Part shown: piece by piece, positions 1-10,326 of the stretch
Layout: every line of letters begins with the position of its first letter
How positions within the stretch are numbered: position 1 is the stretch's first letter
Origin: a virus
Strand: one strand, 5' to 3'
Length of the DNA: 64,000 nt
Virus record (IMG/VR): IMGVR_UViG_3300010391_000021
Span: 6,119 to 70,118 of that record
Position numbers and translations under genes: made by a program
Notes under the pieces: generated by a model
The model's input: only the letters and a program-made list of their open reading frames with translations
The model's database searches: none
Told to the model about the DNA's origin: nothing

Positions 1-2
1 CT

Positions 3-1103
3 GGATATGGGTGGGAAAAATTGTTTGCAGAACAGATGTGCGAGTATTATCAAAAAGATCACAAATTAGATATACGGATTGTTAGATTTCATAATGTCTA
101 CGGTCCTTTAGGCACGTACGAAGGTGGAAAAGAAAAAGCACCCGCAGCCGTGTGCCGAAAAATGGCGGTAGCTATTGATGGGGATGAAATAGAAGTTTGG
201 GGAGACGGCCAGCAAACCCGATCTTTCATGTATATAGACGATTGTGTCGAAGGATTGGTCAGACTGATGTCTTCGGACTATCAGAAACCTCTTAATTTAG
301 GAACAGAAGAACTTATTTCAGTAAACGGATTGTTTAACAAAGTTGGAGATATCGCCAAAAGACCGTTTTCCAAGAAACATGATTTAACAAAACCCCAAGG
401 AGTTAGAGGCAGAAACTCTGACAATTCGAAACTTCGTGAAGTTCTTGGTTGGGAACCTTCTATCAATTTAGACGAAGGCTTGAGAAAAACATACGAATGG
501 ATTGAATATACAATTCTCCATCGTGTTTCAGCAACCAAATGGGATTCTGAAGGCGGGGAGCACAGCTTACGATTAGACTTTCCTATAAATAATCAGAGTT
601 TGGTTTACGAAGTGGGTGGGTATCGGGGTGAGTGGGCCGCACAGATAGCTAAAAAATACAACCCCACAATCCATATTTTTGAACCTGTCGCAAACTATTA
701 CAAAGAACTATTAAGTCGATTTAGAGAAAACTCCCGAGTCCAAATATTCAACTATGGTCTTTTGGACCATGCGGATTGGAAAGACATCTATTTAGATGGC
801 AGCGGGTCTAGTTTATACGAGGAAAAACCAAACTGTGAAAGAATCCAGTTGGTTGACATATCAACTTTGCCGGTTCCGGACGTAATCAGTATCAATGCGG
901 AAGGGGCGGAATACCCTTTATTACAGAGAATGTTAGAAACAGGTTGGGCACAAAAGTGCAAACACATTCAAATCCAGTTTCACAATGTTCATGTAGGTGC
1001 GCGGGACTTGCGTAAGAAAATTCGACAAGCTTTATCAACGACGCACGAAGAAGTTTTTAATTATCCTTTTGTTTGGGAGCGATGGAGCTTGAAAACCCAA
1101 TAA
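3..1103 (+). CDS. NAD-dependent nucleotide-sugar epimerase (GDP-mannose 3,5-epimerase-like SDR) fused to a C-terminal FkbM-like methyltransferase; 5' truncated by the window edge
   Basis: YGWEK (YxxxK) at nt 6-20; RFHNVYGP, GDGQQTRSFMYIDDCV and GVRGRNSDN motifs; C-terminal half has EVGGYRG, FEP and INAEGAEY FkbM-type motifs. Confidence 0.85.
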   Translation, partial: GYGWEKLFAEQMCEYYQKDHKLDIRIVRFHNVYGPLGTYEGGKEKAPAAVCRKMAVAIDGDEIEVWGDGQQTRSFMYIDDCVEGLVRLMSSDYQKPLNLGTEELISVNGLFNKVGDIAKRPFSKKHDLTKPQGVRGRNSDNSKLREVLGWEPSINLDEGLRKTYEWIEYTILHRVSATKWDSEGGEHSLRLDFPINNQSLVYEVGGYRGEWAAQIAKKYNPTIHIFEPVANYYKELLSRFRENSRVQIFNYGLLDHADWKDIYLDGSGSSLYEEKPNCERIQLVDISTLPVPDVISINAEGAEYPLLQRMLETGWAQKCKHIQIQFHNVHVGARDLRKKIRQALSTTHEEVFNYPFVWERWSLKTQ

Positions 1104-1777
1104 AAATGTATCAAATCCAGTCCTTCTACGAACAGTTTTTGAGATCGGACGATTTGGTGTTTGATATTGGAGCTAACATCGGTTCGAAAACTGAGATTTT
1201 TAGAAACATAGGTTGTAAAGTGATATCAGTCGAACCGCATGATTCGTGCATACCGATACTCAAAAATAAATTCGTAAATGATAGTCAAGTTATTATATTA
1301 CGGAAAGCCCTTGGCGCTTCCGCAGGATCGGCACAGTTAATTACAGGAGAAGCGGCTTGCATTTCTTCTTTATCTCCTGAATGGGTTGCGGCAGTCACCA
1401 AGACCGACCGATTTGGCGGATATAAATGGACAGGAAAACAAACGGTTGAAGTTACCACTCTTGATACTCTGGTTTCCTTCTACGGTGTTCCCGCTTTTAT
1501 AAAAATAGATGTTGAGGGTTTTGAACATAAAGTTTTAGAAGGATTGTCTCAGCCCGTAAAAGCTCTTTCTTTTGAGTTTACGCCTGAGTATCTAGAATCG
1601 GCAGAAAAGTGTATAAAGCATCTTGAAGGTCTGGGTTCTGTGGAGTTCGCTTATTCGGTAAAAGAAACGACGGAAATCCGCCCATTGTGGGTTTCTGGTA
1701 AAGAACTTCTAGAGACTCTTAAAGGGTTTGTAGGAGATACTCAATTATACGGGGATGTGTACGCTAGATTCGTATGA
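1082..1777 (+). CDS. FkbM-family methyltransferase
   Basis: FDIGANIG, VEP and IKIDVEGFE motifs; start uncertain (1082 or 1106). Confidence 0.9.
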   Translation: MELENPIKMYQIQSFYEQFLRSDDLVFDIGANIGSKTEIFRNIGCKVISVEPHDSCIPILKNKFVNDSQVIILRKALGASAGSAQLITGEAACISSLSPEWVAAVTKTDRFGGYKWTGKQTVEVTTLDTLVSFYGVPAFIKIDVEGFEHKVLEGLSQPVKALSFEFTPEYLESAEKCIKHLEGLGSVEFAYSVKETTEIRPLWVSGKELLETLKGFVGDTQLYGDVYARFV

Positions 1778-2433
1778 CCGTCGCACTACTTCTGATCGCC
1801 ACAAGTGAACGATATTGGCAGTATATTAACCCATTAATTGAGTCGGCAAAGAAATTTTTTGTTCCCCATGAAACTTTACTTTTTACAGATAGTCATAAAA
1901 GTTATGGGGCCGATTACCAAGCATACGAGAAAAATCTCGGGTATCCGCAAGCTACATTAAAAAGGTATCACACGTTTCTTGGAATTCGCGATCTGTTAGA
2001 GCACGATTTCAATTACGTTTTTTACGTAGATATTGACGCAATTTTCGTAAGTCCGGTGGGTGATGAAGTATTCTCCAACGGAATCACCGCGACTCTTCAT
2101 CAGAACCAGAAAGTCGATACGCTGATTGAAACCGATCCACGCTCTACTGCGTATCTCCTAAAAGCAGATCAATATTTTTGTGGTGGATTTAATGGTGGAA
2201 CAACCCCGGCATTTCTAAAAATGGCCGAGACGATCAGTAGGAACGTGGACATAGATGAATCGCGGGGCGTGCTTGCAAAGTGGCACGATGAGTCGCATTT
2301 GAACCGCTATCTGTCTGATAATCCTCCGTCTAAAGTTTTGTCATCCGATTACTGCTACCCCGAACCAGAACTTCATAAACCCTGCAATCCTAAGATTGTG
2401 TGTTTGGATAAAAGTTTGCGAGGCGGGCGTTGA
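1774..2433 (+). CDS. Glycosyltransferase family 6 (ABO / alpha-1,3-Gal(NAc) transferase-like)
   Basis: LLIAT start, DID motif, GGFNGG and WHDESHLNRY, typical of GT6. Confidence 0.85.
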   Translation: MTVALLLIATSERYWQYINPLIESAKKFFVPHETLLFTDSHKSYGADYQAYEKNLGYPQATLKRYHTFLGIRDLLEHDFNYVFYVDIDAIFVSPVGDEVFSNGITATLHQNQKVDTLIETDPRSTAYLLKADQYFCGGFNGGTTPAFLKMAETISRNVDIDESRGVLAKWHDESHLNRYLSDNPPSKVLSSDYCYPEPELHKPCNPKIVCLDKSLRGGR

Positions 2434-3080
2434 AAGTTTCGGTCATTGTACCGCTGTACAACAAAGCGGAGTTCGTTGGACAAACCATCGAATCGGTTCT
2501 TGCACAAACCTACAAAAACTTTGAAGTAATAGTCGTAAACGACGGATCAACGGACGATTCGGAAAAGATAGCTGCAAAATATCCAACCAAACTGTTGAAT
2601 ATCTCCAATCGCGGGATTGCCGGAGCAAGAAACGCCGGAGTTTTGAATTCAATAGGCGAAGCAATTCTTCCATTGGACGCGGATGATTGGATCGACCCGA
2701 CATATTTAGAAAAAACAGTTCCGATGATAAGATGCAATGTCGGATTTGTTTCAACCGACATGCAGAGATTTGGGATGCAGGATCAATGCCTGCCCGCCAA
2801 GATTAAAACAGCGAAAGAAGCACTAGAATATAATGAAATTCCGGTTTGCTCTCTTATCCGCCGAGAAGCCTTCTTAGAAACGGGCGGGTACACCCCAAGA
2901 GTTCCAGGATATGAAGATTGGAACATGTGGGTTGAGATTTTGAAACGCGGCTGGAAAATGGCGGTAGTGAACGAGCCTCTATTTCATTATCGCGTTCTTC
3001 TAAATGCCGCGAACGCAGAAGCCGACAAACGCCGAGAAGAATTTACGAAAATTATTCAAGACTTTCACAAAGATGTATGA
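2430..3080 (+). CDS. Glycosyltransferase family 2
   Basis: VSVIVPLYN, VVNDGSTD, ARNAG, LDADD and EDW motifs. Confidence 0.92.
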   Translation: MKVSVIVPLYNKAEFVGQTIESVLAQTYKNFEVIVVNDGSTDDSEKIAAKYPTKLLNISNRGIAGARNAGVLNSIGEAILPLDADDWIDPTYLEKTVPMIRCNVGFVSTDMQRFGMQDQCLPAKIKTAKEALEYNEIPVCSLIRREAFLETGGYTPRVPGYEDWNMWVEILKRGWKMAVVNEPLFHYRVLLNAANAEADKRREEFTKIIQDFHKDV

Positions 3081-3256
3081 AACCAAAACGAATTGGGAAT
3101 TGGAGAAAAACGGCTCTGCTTCTTTATCGTAAATTGCAGGGCAATCGCTGTATTCGGTGCTCATTTCCCGTTGATATCCCGAAAGATGGGGTTTTGTATA
3201 CAATACACGATTCCTTCGCACTTGCTCATCGGCGCAGATGCAAACCGATTCGATAA
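3077..3256 (+). CDS. Small hypothetical protein (59 aa, CxxC)
   Basis: ATGA overlap with the upstream stop and TAATG overlap with the downstream start; translated by hand. Confidence 0.5.
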   Translation: MKPKRIGNWRKTALLLYRKLQGNRCIRCSFPVDIPKDGVLYTIHDSFALAHRRRCKPIR

Positions 3257-4065
3257 TGAATATTGATAAAATCAGAGAATACTGGAATCGCCGTCCATGT
3301 AACATCATGCACTCCGCAAAGGAAGTCGGAAGCAAAGAGTATTGCGATGAGACAGAGCGCAGAAAGTATTTTGTAGAACCGCATATTCCGGCATTCGCGG
3401 AGTTTGAGAAATGGCGCGGCAAGAAGGTTCTTGAGATTGGTTGCGGGATCGGAACGGACACGGTAAACTTCGCCCGCGCAGGGGCGCAAGTAACGGCGAT
3501 TGACTTGTCAGAAAAATCTATTGAAGTTGCCCGCAAACGTTCAGAAGTGAACAACCAAAATATTCGGTTTTATCAGGGCAATGCCGAGAAACTTTATTGT
3601 ACGGTTCCGCTTCAGTCTTTTGATTTGATCTACTCTTTTGGAGCGATTCACCATACGGTAAATCCCGAAAAAATACTGAAACAGATTCGATTGTATTCAA
3701 GACCGTCTAGCACAATCAAGATTATGGTCTATCATAAGTTCTCTTGGAAGGTGTTGCGAATCCTTGTGATTTATGGAAAGTGCCAGTTTTGGAAACTCAA
3801 AGAACTGATTGCAAAGTATTCGGAAGCGGAAACCGGCTGTCCTGTTACACACGCCTATTCTCGGAAGTCTATCCGGAAGCTAATGGAAGATTGCGGATTT
3901 AAGATACAGAAGATCGAAGTCGATCACATTTTTCCATACAGTATTCCTGAATACAAGCAATACGAATACAAGGTTGTTTGGTTCTTTCGTTGGATGCCAA
4001 AAGCGATGTTTCATTGGCTTGAGAAGAAACTCGGATGGCATCTCTTGGTAGAAGCGTGCCCATAG
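3256..4065 (+). CDS. Class I SAM-dependent methyltransferase
   Basis: VLEIGCGIG, IDLS and FDLIYSFGAIHH motifs. Confidence 0.9.
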   Translation: MNIDKIREYWNRRPCNIMHSAKEVGSKEYCDETERRKYFVEPHIPAFAEFEKWRGKKVLEIGCGIGTDTVNFARAGAQVTAIDLSEKSIEVARKRSEVNNQNIRFYQGNAEKLYCTVPLQSFDLIYSFGAIHHTVNPEKILKQIRLYSRPSSTIKIMVYHKFSWKVLRILVIYGKCQFWKLKELIAKYSEAETGCPVTHAYSRKSIRKLMEDCGFKIQKIEVDHIFPYSIPEYKQYEYKVVWFFRWMPKAMFHWLEKKLGWHLLVEACP

Positions 4066-4247
4066 GCGGAGGGGTTTACCAAGCCAAACGAAACACGCAC
4101 ACAATTCAGTATTATAATATGTCTGTAAATAAGTTAAAAGAAACTTTGAGTAATCTAAACCAAGACTTTAAAAATGCAGAATGTCCGGCAGACGCGAGTA
4201 TCACCAAGATTCACATTAATCTTTGCGGACAAGTATTAAAAAAGAAA

Positions 4248-5432
4248 ATGAGCGACATCTCCGTAATCGGATTAGGCAAACTCGGAAGTCCAATGGTCTC
4301 CTGCTTGGCTTCGAGAGGATTCAAAGTAATCGGAGTCGATGTAGATAAGACAAAAGTAGATGCAATAAATAACCGCATCGCACCTGTTTCAGAAACCGGA
4401 CTTCAAGACCTTTTGCAATACGGAGATTATTCAGCTACACAAGACATCGAACAAGCGGTTTTAGAAACAAGCATTACGTTTATAATTGTAGCAACCCCTA
4501 GTGGAGCAGACGGAAAGTTTTCCTTAGAATACGTATTGCCTGTTTGCGAAAAAATAGGAAACTCCCTCCGCAAAAAAGACTCCTTTCACGTAGTTGTGAT
4601 AACAAGTACGGTTATGCCAGGGGACTGTGACGGCCCGATTCTTGAAACATTAGAAAAAACAAGTGGACTAAAATGTGGAGAAGGATTCGGACTTTGCTAC
4701 AATCCCGAATTCATAGCTCTCGGTAGCGTGATAAGAGATTTTCTAAACCCAGATTTCTTGCTTTTAGGAACGTCCGATCCTTTATCAGAATGCCGAGTCC
4801 GGCAAGTATACGAAAAAGTTTGTCCCAACGCCCCGATCAAAAGCATGAGTCGGATCAATGCTGAACTCACCAAGCTAGCGGTTAATACGTTTCTCTGTAC
4901 TAAAATCAGCTACGGGAACATGCTATCCCGAATATGCCAGAACATACCGGGCGCGGATTGCGATGTTGTTTCAAACGCGGTTGGATCGGATAGCCGTATC
5001 GGAAGCAAATGTCTGAAGGGAGGGGTCAGTTATGGCGGCCCCTGTTTGCCCCGCGATACAAAAGCAATGGCGACTTTGGGACAAAGTTTTCCTCTCGTTG
5101 TAGACGCTTTTAATCGACATCAAATTACTTGGTTGGCTGATTTTGTTCAACAGAGGGCAAAAGGCTCTGTAACAATTTTAGGGTTGTCCTATAAAATCGG
5201 AACCGATATAACAGAAGAATCTCCGGGACTGTTGTTACAGCAGGAATTAGAAACGCGCAATGTATTATTGGCTCGAACATATTTAGGAGACACTATTGTA
5301 GTTGTTCAGCCCTGTCCAGAATACAAAGAATTTGACTATTCGGGTAAAACTGTGATAGACTGTTGGAGGTTTTTGAAATATCTCCAAAATGATCCGTCAG
5401 TTGTTTATATTCCTTTAGGAATTGGTAAGTGA
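4248..5432 (+). CDS. UDP-glucose/GDP-mannose 6-dehydrogenase family protein
   Basis: GLGKLG Rossmann motif, STVMPG, NPEF, GGPCLPRD; the start could instead be 4119. Confidence 0.92.
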   Translation: MSDISVIGLGKLGSPMVSCLASRGFKVIGVDVDKTKVDAINNRIAPVSETGLQDLLQYGDYSATQDIEQAVLETSITFIIVATPSGADGKFSLEYVLPVCEKIGNSLRKKDSFHVVVITSTVMPGDCDGPILETLEKTSGLKCGEGFGLCYNPEFIALGSVIRDFLNPDFLLLGTSDPLSECRVRQVYEKVCPNAPIKSMSRINAELTKLAVNTFLCTKISYGNMLSRICQNIPGADCDVVSNAVGSDSRIGSKCLKGGVSYGGPCLPRDTKAMATLGQSFPLVVDAFNRHQITWLADFVQQRAKGSVTILGLSYKIGTDITEESPGLLLQQELETRNVLLARTYLGDTIVVVQPCPEYKEFDYSGKTVIDCWRFLKYLQNDPSVVYIPLGIGK

Positions 5433-5918
5433 ATGCCAAGAATATATACAAGAAAATCTATACCTACAGAAAAAGCGTGTAAAACCTGCCACAATCTTTT
5501 TTCCATTGAGAACTACAGGCAAGTTACACAACCATCTCCTGCCGGAAAGAATCCATACGTTTATCGCAGGCCCAATTGCAAAGAGTGCGAAAGCCTTATC
5601 AGCAAAAAGAAACAAAGTCTCATAAGAACACCCGAAAGAACAAAAAGGATTCATCTCAAACAATATTTCAACTTGACCACAGAAGAGTGGAATTTCATTT
5701 TTGCTTGTCAAGGTAAAAAATGTGCGATCTGCGGAATTCAAGAGAAAATTGGTCGTGGTTGGTGTACCGATCACGATCATAAGACCGGAAAAGTGAGAGG
5801 AATTTTGTGCTGTAATTGCAATTTGATGATTGGACTTGCAAAGGACAGAAAACAAGTTTTAACTAACTCAATTTCTTATTTGGAAGATTTCGAAAAACCG
5901 CTCATTCAAGTAATCTGA
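5433..5918 (+). CDS. Endonuclease VII-like HNH endonuclease
   Basis: CAIC...DHDHKTGKVRGILCCNCN. Confidence 0.9.
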   Translation: MPRIYTRKSIPTEKACKTCHNLFSIENYRQVTQPSPAGKNPYVYRRPNCKECESLISKKKQSLIRTPERTKRIHLKQYFNLTTEEWNFIFACQGKKCAICGIQEKIGRGWCTDHDHKTGKVRGILCCNCNLMIGLAKDRKQVLTNSISYLEDFEKPLIQVI

Positions 5919-6574
5919 TGACGCCAAAACGTTTAATCGCGTGTATCTCGTGCCATTCGTATGTTTATCCTAAACACGATCAAGGCGGGGCGCATCACAA
6001 CGGCCCAAACGAATCCCGGTCAAAGGCAATTAGAGAAACTTGGTTTCGAACGTGGAAACTGAAGTATAGCGATCAGATCGATTTGAAGTTTTTTCTCGGT
6101 CGGTCGGCAAGCGTTCCTCGCGAAGATGAAGTTTTTTTAGATTGCGCGGACGATTACTACAGTCTTCCCCGCAAAGTTCAAAAAATGTTTGAATGGGCGG
6201 CAGAGCGCGACTACGATCAAGTAGCTAAGATTGATGATGATGTTTGGCTGTGGGTAGATCGCCTACTAAGCAATTTAGACAACACGGACTATAAAGGATT
6301 CGTTCTTGAATCCGCAGATGGGAAATACACAAGCGGTACGGCGTATTGGTTGAGCAACAAAGCGATGAAGATTATCGCGGCGGCTCCTTGGAACCCTACC
6401 GATTGGGCGGAGGATAAATGGGTCGGAAAAGTTCTTGCAGAACACGGCATCTTTCCCGTTCACGATGAGCGGTTTCAATGCTGCCATTGTAAGCAATGCA
6501 AAATCCGGTATCCCGAATCGGACAGGATTTCAACTCACACCGTTGATCCAAAAGAAATGTATGTCCGCGTATGA
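5918..6574 (+). CDS. GT31-like (galactosyltransferase-type) glycosyltransferase
   Basis: AIRETW, DDYYSLPRK, KIDDD, SGTAYWLS and EDKWVG motifs. Confidence 0.75.
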   Translation: MTPKRLIACISCHSYVYPKHDQGGAHHNGPNESRSKAIRETWFRTWKLKYSDQIDLKFFLGRSASVPREDEVFLDCADDYYSLPRKVQKMFEWAAERDYDQVAKIDDDVWLWVDRLLSNLDNTDYKGFVLESADGKYTSGTAYWLSNKAMKIIAAAPWNPTDWAEDKWVGKVLAEHGIFPVHDERFQCCHCKQCKIRYPESDRISTHTVDPKEMYVRV

Positions 6575-6968
6575 TCTCTTTTTCGATGGTGGGTTCAAAA
6601 ACAAGATAGCATCTTTTGGCTTTGTTCTGTTTCTTGATAGCAAAGAAATCGACAGAGGATGGGGGGTGATCGGTCAAGGAAGTTACATGACTGAGACTGT
6701 TGCGGAGTATTACGGTCTTTCGGCGGGATTAGATTCATTTGTGCGGCACGTTGATCGGCCTTGTTCGGTTCTGAACGTTTACGGCGATTCCGCCCACGTA
6801 ATTGGACAGGTTAAAAAAATCGGAAAGCCGCGCCATCATTTGCAGGAACTTCAAGTTATAGAATTCAAGCTAAATCAGATCAAACAGACGACCCGAGTGA
6901 GTATTTCCTGGGTGCCTCGCGAAAAAAATAAAATCGCAAACGATTTAGCTAAAAAGTTACGACTATGA
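6561..6968 (+). CDS. Ribonuclease HI family protein
   Basis: FDGG, AEYYGL, GDS and WVPREKNKIANDLA motifs. Confidence 0.85.
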   Translation: MSAYDLFFDGGFKNKIASFGFVLFLDSKEIDRGWGVIGQGSYMTETVAEYYGLSAGLDSFVRHVDRPCSVLNVYGDSAHVIGQVKKIGKPRHHLQELQVIEFKLNQIKQTTRVSISWVPREKNKIANDLAKKLRL

Positions 6969-7022
6969 TTCTAATCTATCCGGCTTGCTAACCGCATAAC
7001 CGGATTAAAAAAGGAATAAAAT

Positions 7023-7640
7023 ATGGCTATTGTTGTTGCTCAAGCTCCTGTTGCGTTCGCCGCAACTCTTACAACTGTTACTGGAACCAGTCAACAGATT
7101 TTTCAGGTTAGCACTGCCGGTGTCACGGCGGGTCTAACAGCTGGTAATCTTTATTTGGACTCTCCTTCTTCCAACCTTCTGAATGGTCGTAGATTCAGAG
7201 TAACGGCGGGTGGGTGGATTCTGGCTCACGGCGCTACCCAGACTGTGGCCCCAGAGCTTCAAATTTTCCCGTGGAATACCAGCGTTGCTGGTGCTAAAAC
7301 CGCAAGCGGAACCGCCACTATTACGGCTGGCGCTTCGGGAGCATTGACTTCTGGAACTTATTACAATTTCCTAATCAGCCAAGAGTTCTTGGGAACGGCT
7401 ACACAGGATACTGTGACCTGTTTTCCAGCAACGGTTTATGTAGGAACAGCGGCTATTAGTGTTACGGTAGGAGCGTCTGTGACTGTCGATTTCAGTACAG
7501 CATCGCAAACTATGCCCATTACTGGCATCAATTCCTCTACTGATTATCCTCTGGCGTCGTTTGCGGTATCATTCGCGAATAGCGTTGCGGATACTGTTGA
7601 AACGGCGGCATTGACCACCTTTGTACTTGAAGTGGTCTAA
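7023..7640 (+). CDS. Thr/Ala-rich putative virion protein
   Basis: AAGGA RBS; beta-strand-like T/A/G/V composition shared with the structural genes. Confidence 0.55.
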   Translation: MAIVVAQAPVAFAATLTTVTGTSQQIFQVSTAGVTAGLTAGNLYLDSPSSNLLNGRRFRVTAGGWILAHGATQTVAPELQIFPWNTSVAGAKTASGTATITAGASGALTSGTYYNFLISQEFLGTATQDTVTCFPATVYVGTAAISVTVGASVTVDFSTASQTMPITGINSSTDYPLASFAVSFANSVADTVETAALTTFVLEVV

Positions 7641-7656
7641 TCTGAAATAGGTACGC

Positions 7657-8058
7657 ATGATTCCTACGAATCTAGATGAAAAGCAGGCAGAACTCTTGAT
7701 TAAGAACCAAGAGAAACGCGCTGCTCAGAATAGTAAAAACGCCTCGGGTCCGCGAAAGAAGGCCAACCAGCCAACTGAGCGGACCAGGCGTTCTGCTATT
7801 CCGGGTCTTATTATAAAAATCAGAGACCCCAAGACCTCGGCACGAGACGCCTCGTATCTTGTTTATCAAATTGATTGTATAAAAAAGAAGAAAGATTTTT
7901 TGACATATTGCGAGTTTTTTAAACAGTATCAACCGAAAGAAGATGAATCTAATGAGAATGTGCCGCGAGACTTTCGAATCAAAGAAATGGCCGCCCCGAA
8001 TAATCAGGTGGAAGAACATCTACGGCAAGCCGAGTCACCTTATGGTCTCGGAAAATAG
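7657..8058 (+). CDS. Hypothetical protein
   Basis: 133-aa ORF packed into the operon. Confidence 0.55.
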   Translation: MIPTNLDEKQAELLIKNQEKRAAQNSKNASGPRKKANQPTERTRRSAIPGLIIKIRDPKTSARDASYLVYQIDCIKKKKDFLTYCEFFKQYQPKEDESNENVPRDFRIKEMAAPNNQVEEHLRQAESPYGLGK

Positions 8059-8233
8059 GGTCTATTGCTCTTTGTGCGAGACTCTGTTGTTCAATTTCGA
8101 ACCGGAGGTTTTGGAGAGTTTCTACAAAGACCACATCCATCCGGCCCCGCATAAATTGGGAAAAGTCTACCCTTGGATAGAGGAAGAATCGGTCGATCCG
8201 CTGAACGGACGTTGCATAAATTAGGGGGATGCC

Positions 8234-8602
8234 GTGACTTCTGACAGAACCCTAAAACGCTGGTATCGGAAAATCAATAAGAAGTTTTTCTATAACGAAC
8301 TTACTAATAAAGTTTGCGTGCAATGGGGAGACGAGCAAGACGATTTTGCTTACGAAGAGATAGAAAATTGTTATGGATTCGCTGATCGCGGTTACGGTCG
8401 CCACGAATATATAATTATTTTGAATCGTGAAAAATGCTCTGATGCCCTTAGCACATTGGGCACTTTGATTCACGAAATGATCCACCTTGCAACCGGACTT
8501 CGCGACAACCACGGGCCTGTGTTTGAGGCTTGGAGACAGAAATTAGGGGATCGCGGCATTTTCAAGAAACACGCCTTGCGCCGCAACGCAACAATTTTCT
8601 AA
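8234..8602 (+). CDS. SprT-like zinc metalloprotease
   Basis: INKKFF...TLIHEMIH...HGPVF (HExxH). Confidence 0.8.
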   Translation: MTSDRTLKRWYRKINKKFFYNELTNKVCVQWGDEQDDFAYEEIENCYGFADRGYGRHEYIIILNREKCSDALSTLGTLIHEMIHLATGLRDNHGPVFEAWRQKLGDRGIFKKHALRRNATIF

Positions 8603-8880
8603 TGTTAGATGATTACAAAATCGGAGAACCTTGGCATTGTAGCAGTTGTGGTTTTTTCATGTTCAACCGGCGCTTCGTTGATGGCGACTTTTACCCTGTC
8701 GAAGGCGCTCCGCAATCGAGATTTATCTCAACTAAATATCCGAGAGTCTGCTCAGTGTGTTTTGACCTTCATCTTATTTTAGATACGTCCGATTATTGGA
8801 AAAGACTTGAAAGCACGAAGCGCGAAAACGAAAAGAAGAATAAGAGACTTTTTCCCGGTAAAAACTATTTTACAGCATGA
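8602..8880 (+). CDS. Hypothetical protein with two CxxC motifs
   Basis: TAATG coupling; CSSC and CSVC. Confidence 0.55.
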   Translation: MLDDYKIGEPWHCSSCGFFMFNRRFVDGDFYPVEGAPQSRFISTKYPRVCSVCFDLHLILDTSDYWKRLESTKRENEKKNKRLFPGKNYFTA

Positions 8881-8888
8881 GGGATTGT

Positions 8889-9662
8889 ATGAAGTCTTTC
8901 GCGATTTTCTTTGTATTGCTAATTGCCAGTCTTGCCGCCGCACAGACATCTAAAACCGATGTTGAGTACATAAATGATGTTCTGTACCCCGCCACAACCT
9001 TGCTTTATTCTCAGGATTCCGAAGGCGGAATGAGAATGCGCTGTACGGCGACCGCAATTGAGAAAAATAAAACTGGATACGTATTTGTAACTGCCGCGCA
9101 TTGTGCGTGCGAAGACGACACGGATCGTCATACGGTATCCCCCGAAAAAGCCTTCTTTTTCATCACACCGGACGAGCAAGATAGCAAGACGTTCCTGAAA
9201 GCTCAAGCAGTTGGCTGCGGTTATCGTCACAAAGGCGACGATTTCGCGCTGTTTCAGGTAGACACAAAGGCTGTTTTTCCAATAGTAGCGTTGGGAAAAG
9301 ACCCGTCTGTTATTGAATCGGTTGTGAACATTGCAAGTCCTTTGGGTCTGGGAAAGCAAGTCTTTTTGGGCAGCGTATCGGCTCCTGCGTTAGACCGCCC
9401 CGTGGTTGAAGGGGATATCAACTGGACCGGAGTTGTCCTGCTTCAGATGTTCGGAGTAAATGGCGGGTCTAGTGGTAGCGCAGTTGTTTGCTTGGACCAA
9501 CATGCTATTTGCGGTTTCGTAGTCGGCTCTATCGGCCAGACAACCATGACGGCGATGCCCGTCAGCCGACTGATTTTAGTTAGAGATGGGATAGCCAAAG
9601 GAACGTATAAAGCGTGGCAACCCGATATGGACAAACCGCCATCATCTGATGGGAAGAAATAA
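8889..9662 (+). CDS. Secreted trypsin-like serine protease
   Basis: Signal-peptide-like N-terminus (MKSFAIFFVLLIASLAAA); triad motifs TAAHC, DFAL and GSSGS. Confidence 0.85.
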   Translation: MKSFAIFFVLLIASLAAAQTSKTDVEYINDVLYPATTLLYSQDSEGGMRMRCTATAIEKNKTGYVFVTAAHCACEDDTDRHTVSPEKAFFFITPDEQDSKTFLKAQAVGCGYRHKGDDFALFQVDTKAVFPIVALGKDPSVIESVVNIASPLGLGKQVFLGSVSAPALDRPVVEGDINWTGVVLLQMFGVNGGSSGSAVVCLDQHAICGFVVGSIGQTTMTAMPVSRLILVRDGIAKGTYKAWQPDMDKPPSSDGKK

Positions 9663-9840
9663 TGTATAAAATTATCGCATGGATTCTGCTCGGCGCAGTA
9701 TTGGCCCTAAGCGCAGAAATTCTGTATCAAAATAAAGTAATACAAAATCAAAGGACGACTATCGAGTTTCTTTTCTATACTTGCGAGGGTCAGGATCAGT
9801 GAGCGGAGAAGCAAATAACCGATTAAGCAGATACCTCTAA

Positions 9841-10323
9841 ATGCGTGAAGTTTACAAAGGACTCTGGGTTGGGCCAGAAGAAGACGTGCCAAAAGCAAGG
9901 GAAAAAGGCATGAGTATAATACATGCCTGTAAAGAAGGACCCTACAGCCATCGTTCAGTTCTGGACTACAAGAGCCTTGGCGCTCCAAAAGGCTCGGAAT
10001 ACCTTGTAGCCAGACGCGGCAAGGAAGTATACATCAATCTGGTGGACTCAGACGATCCGAATTTTATACCAGATGACGCTGTAAACGCCGCGCTCGTGTT
10101 TATAAAAGAAAATCTCGATAAGAACCAATCGGTATTTATCCATTGTAATGAAGGCAAGAGCCGCGCACCGAGTTTAGCTTTTTTGTATCTGTATTCAATT
10201 GGCAAATTGCCCAGAGAGTTTCACAACGCTCTGCGAACGTTTAGGACTCTTTATCCAGACTACGATCCCGCCATTGGGATGCAACTATACTCCAAAAAGA
10301 GAATCCGCGAATTGAAAAGGTAG
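9841..10323 (+). CDS. Dual-specificity / tyrosine protein phosphatase
   Basis: HCNEGKSR = CX5R motif. Confidence 0.88.
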   Translation: MREVYKGLWVGPEEDVPKAREKGMSIIHACKEGPYSHRSVLDYKSLGAPKGSEYLVARRGKEVYINLVDSDDPNFIPDDAVNAALVFIKENLDKNQSVFIHCNEGKSRAPSLAFLYLYSIGKLPREFHNALRTFRTLYPDYDPAIGMQLYSKKRIRELKR

Positions 10324-10326
10324 ATT

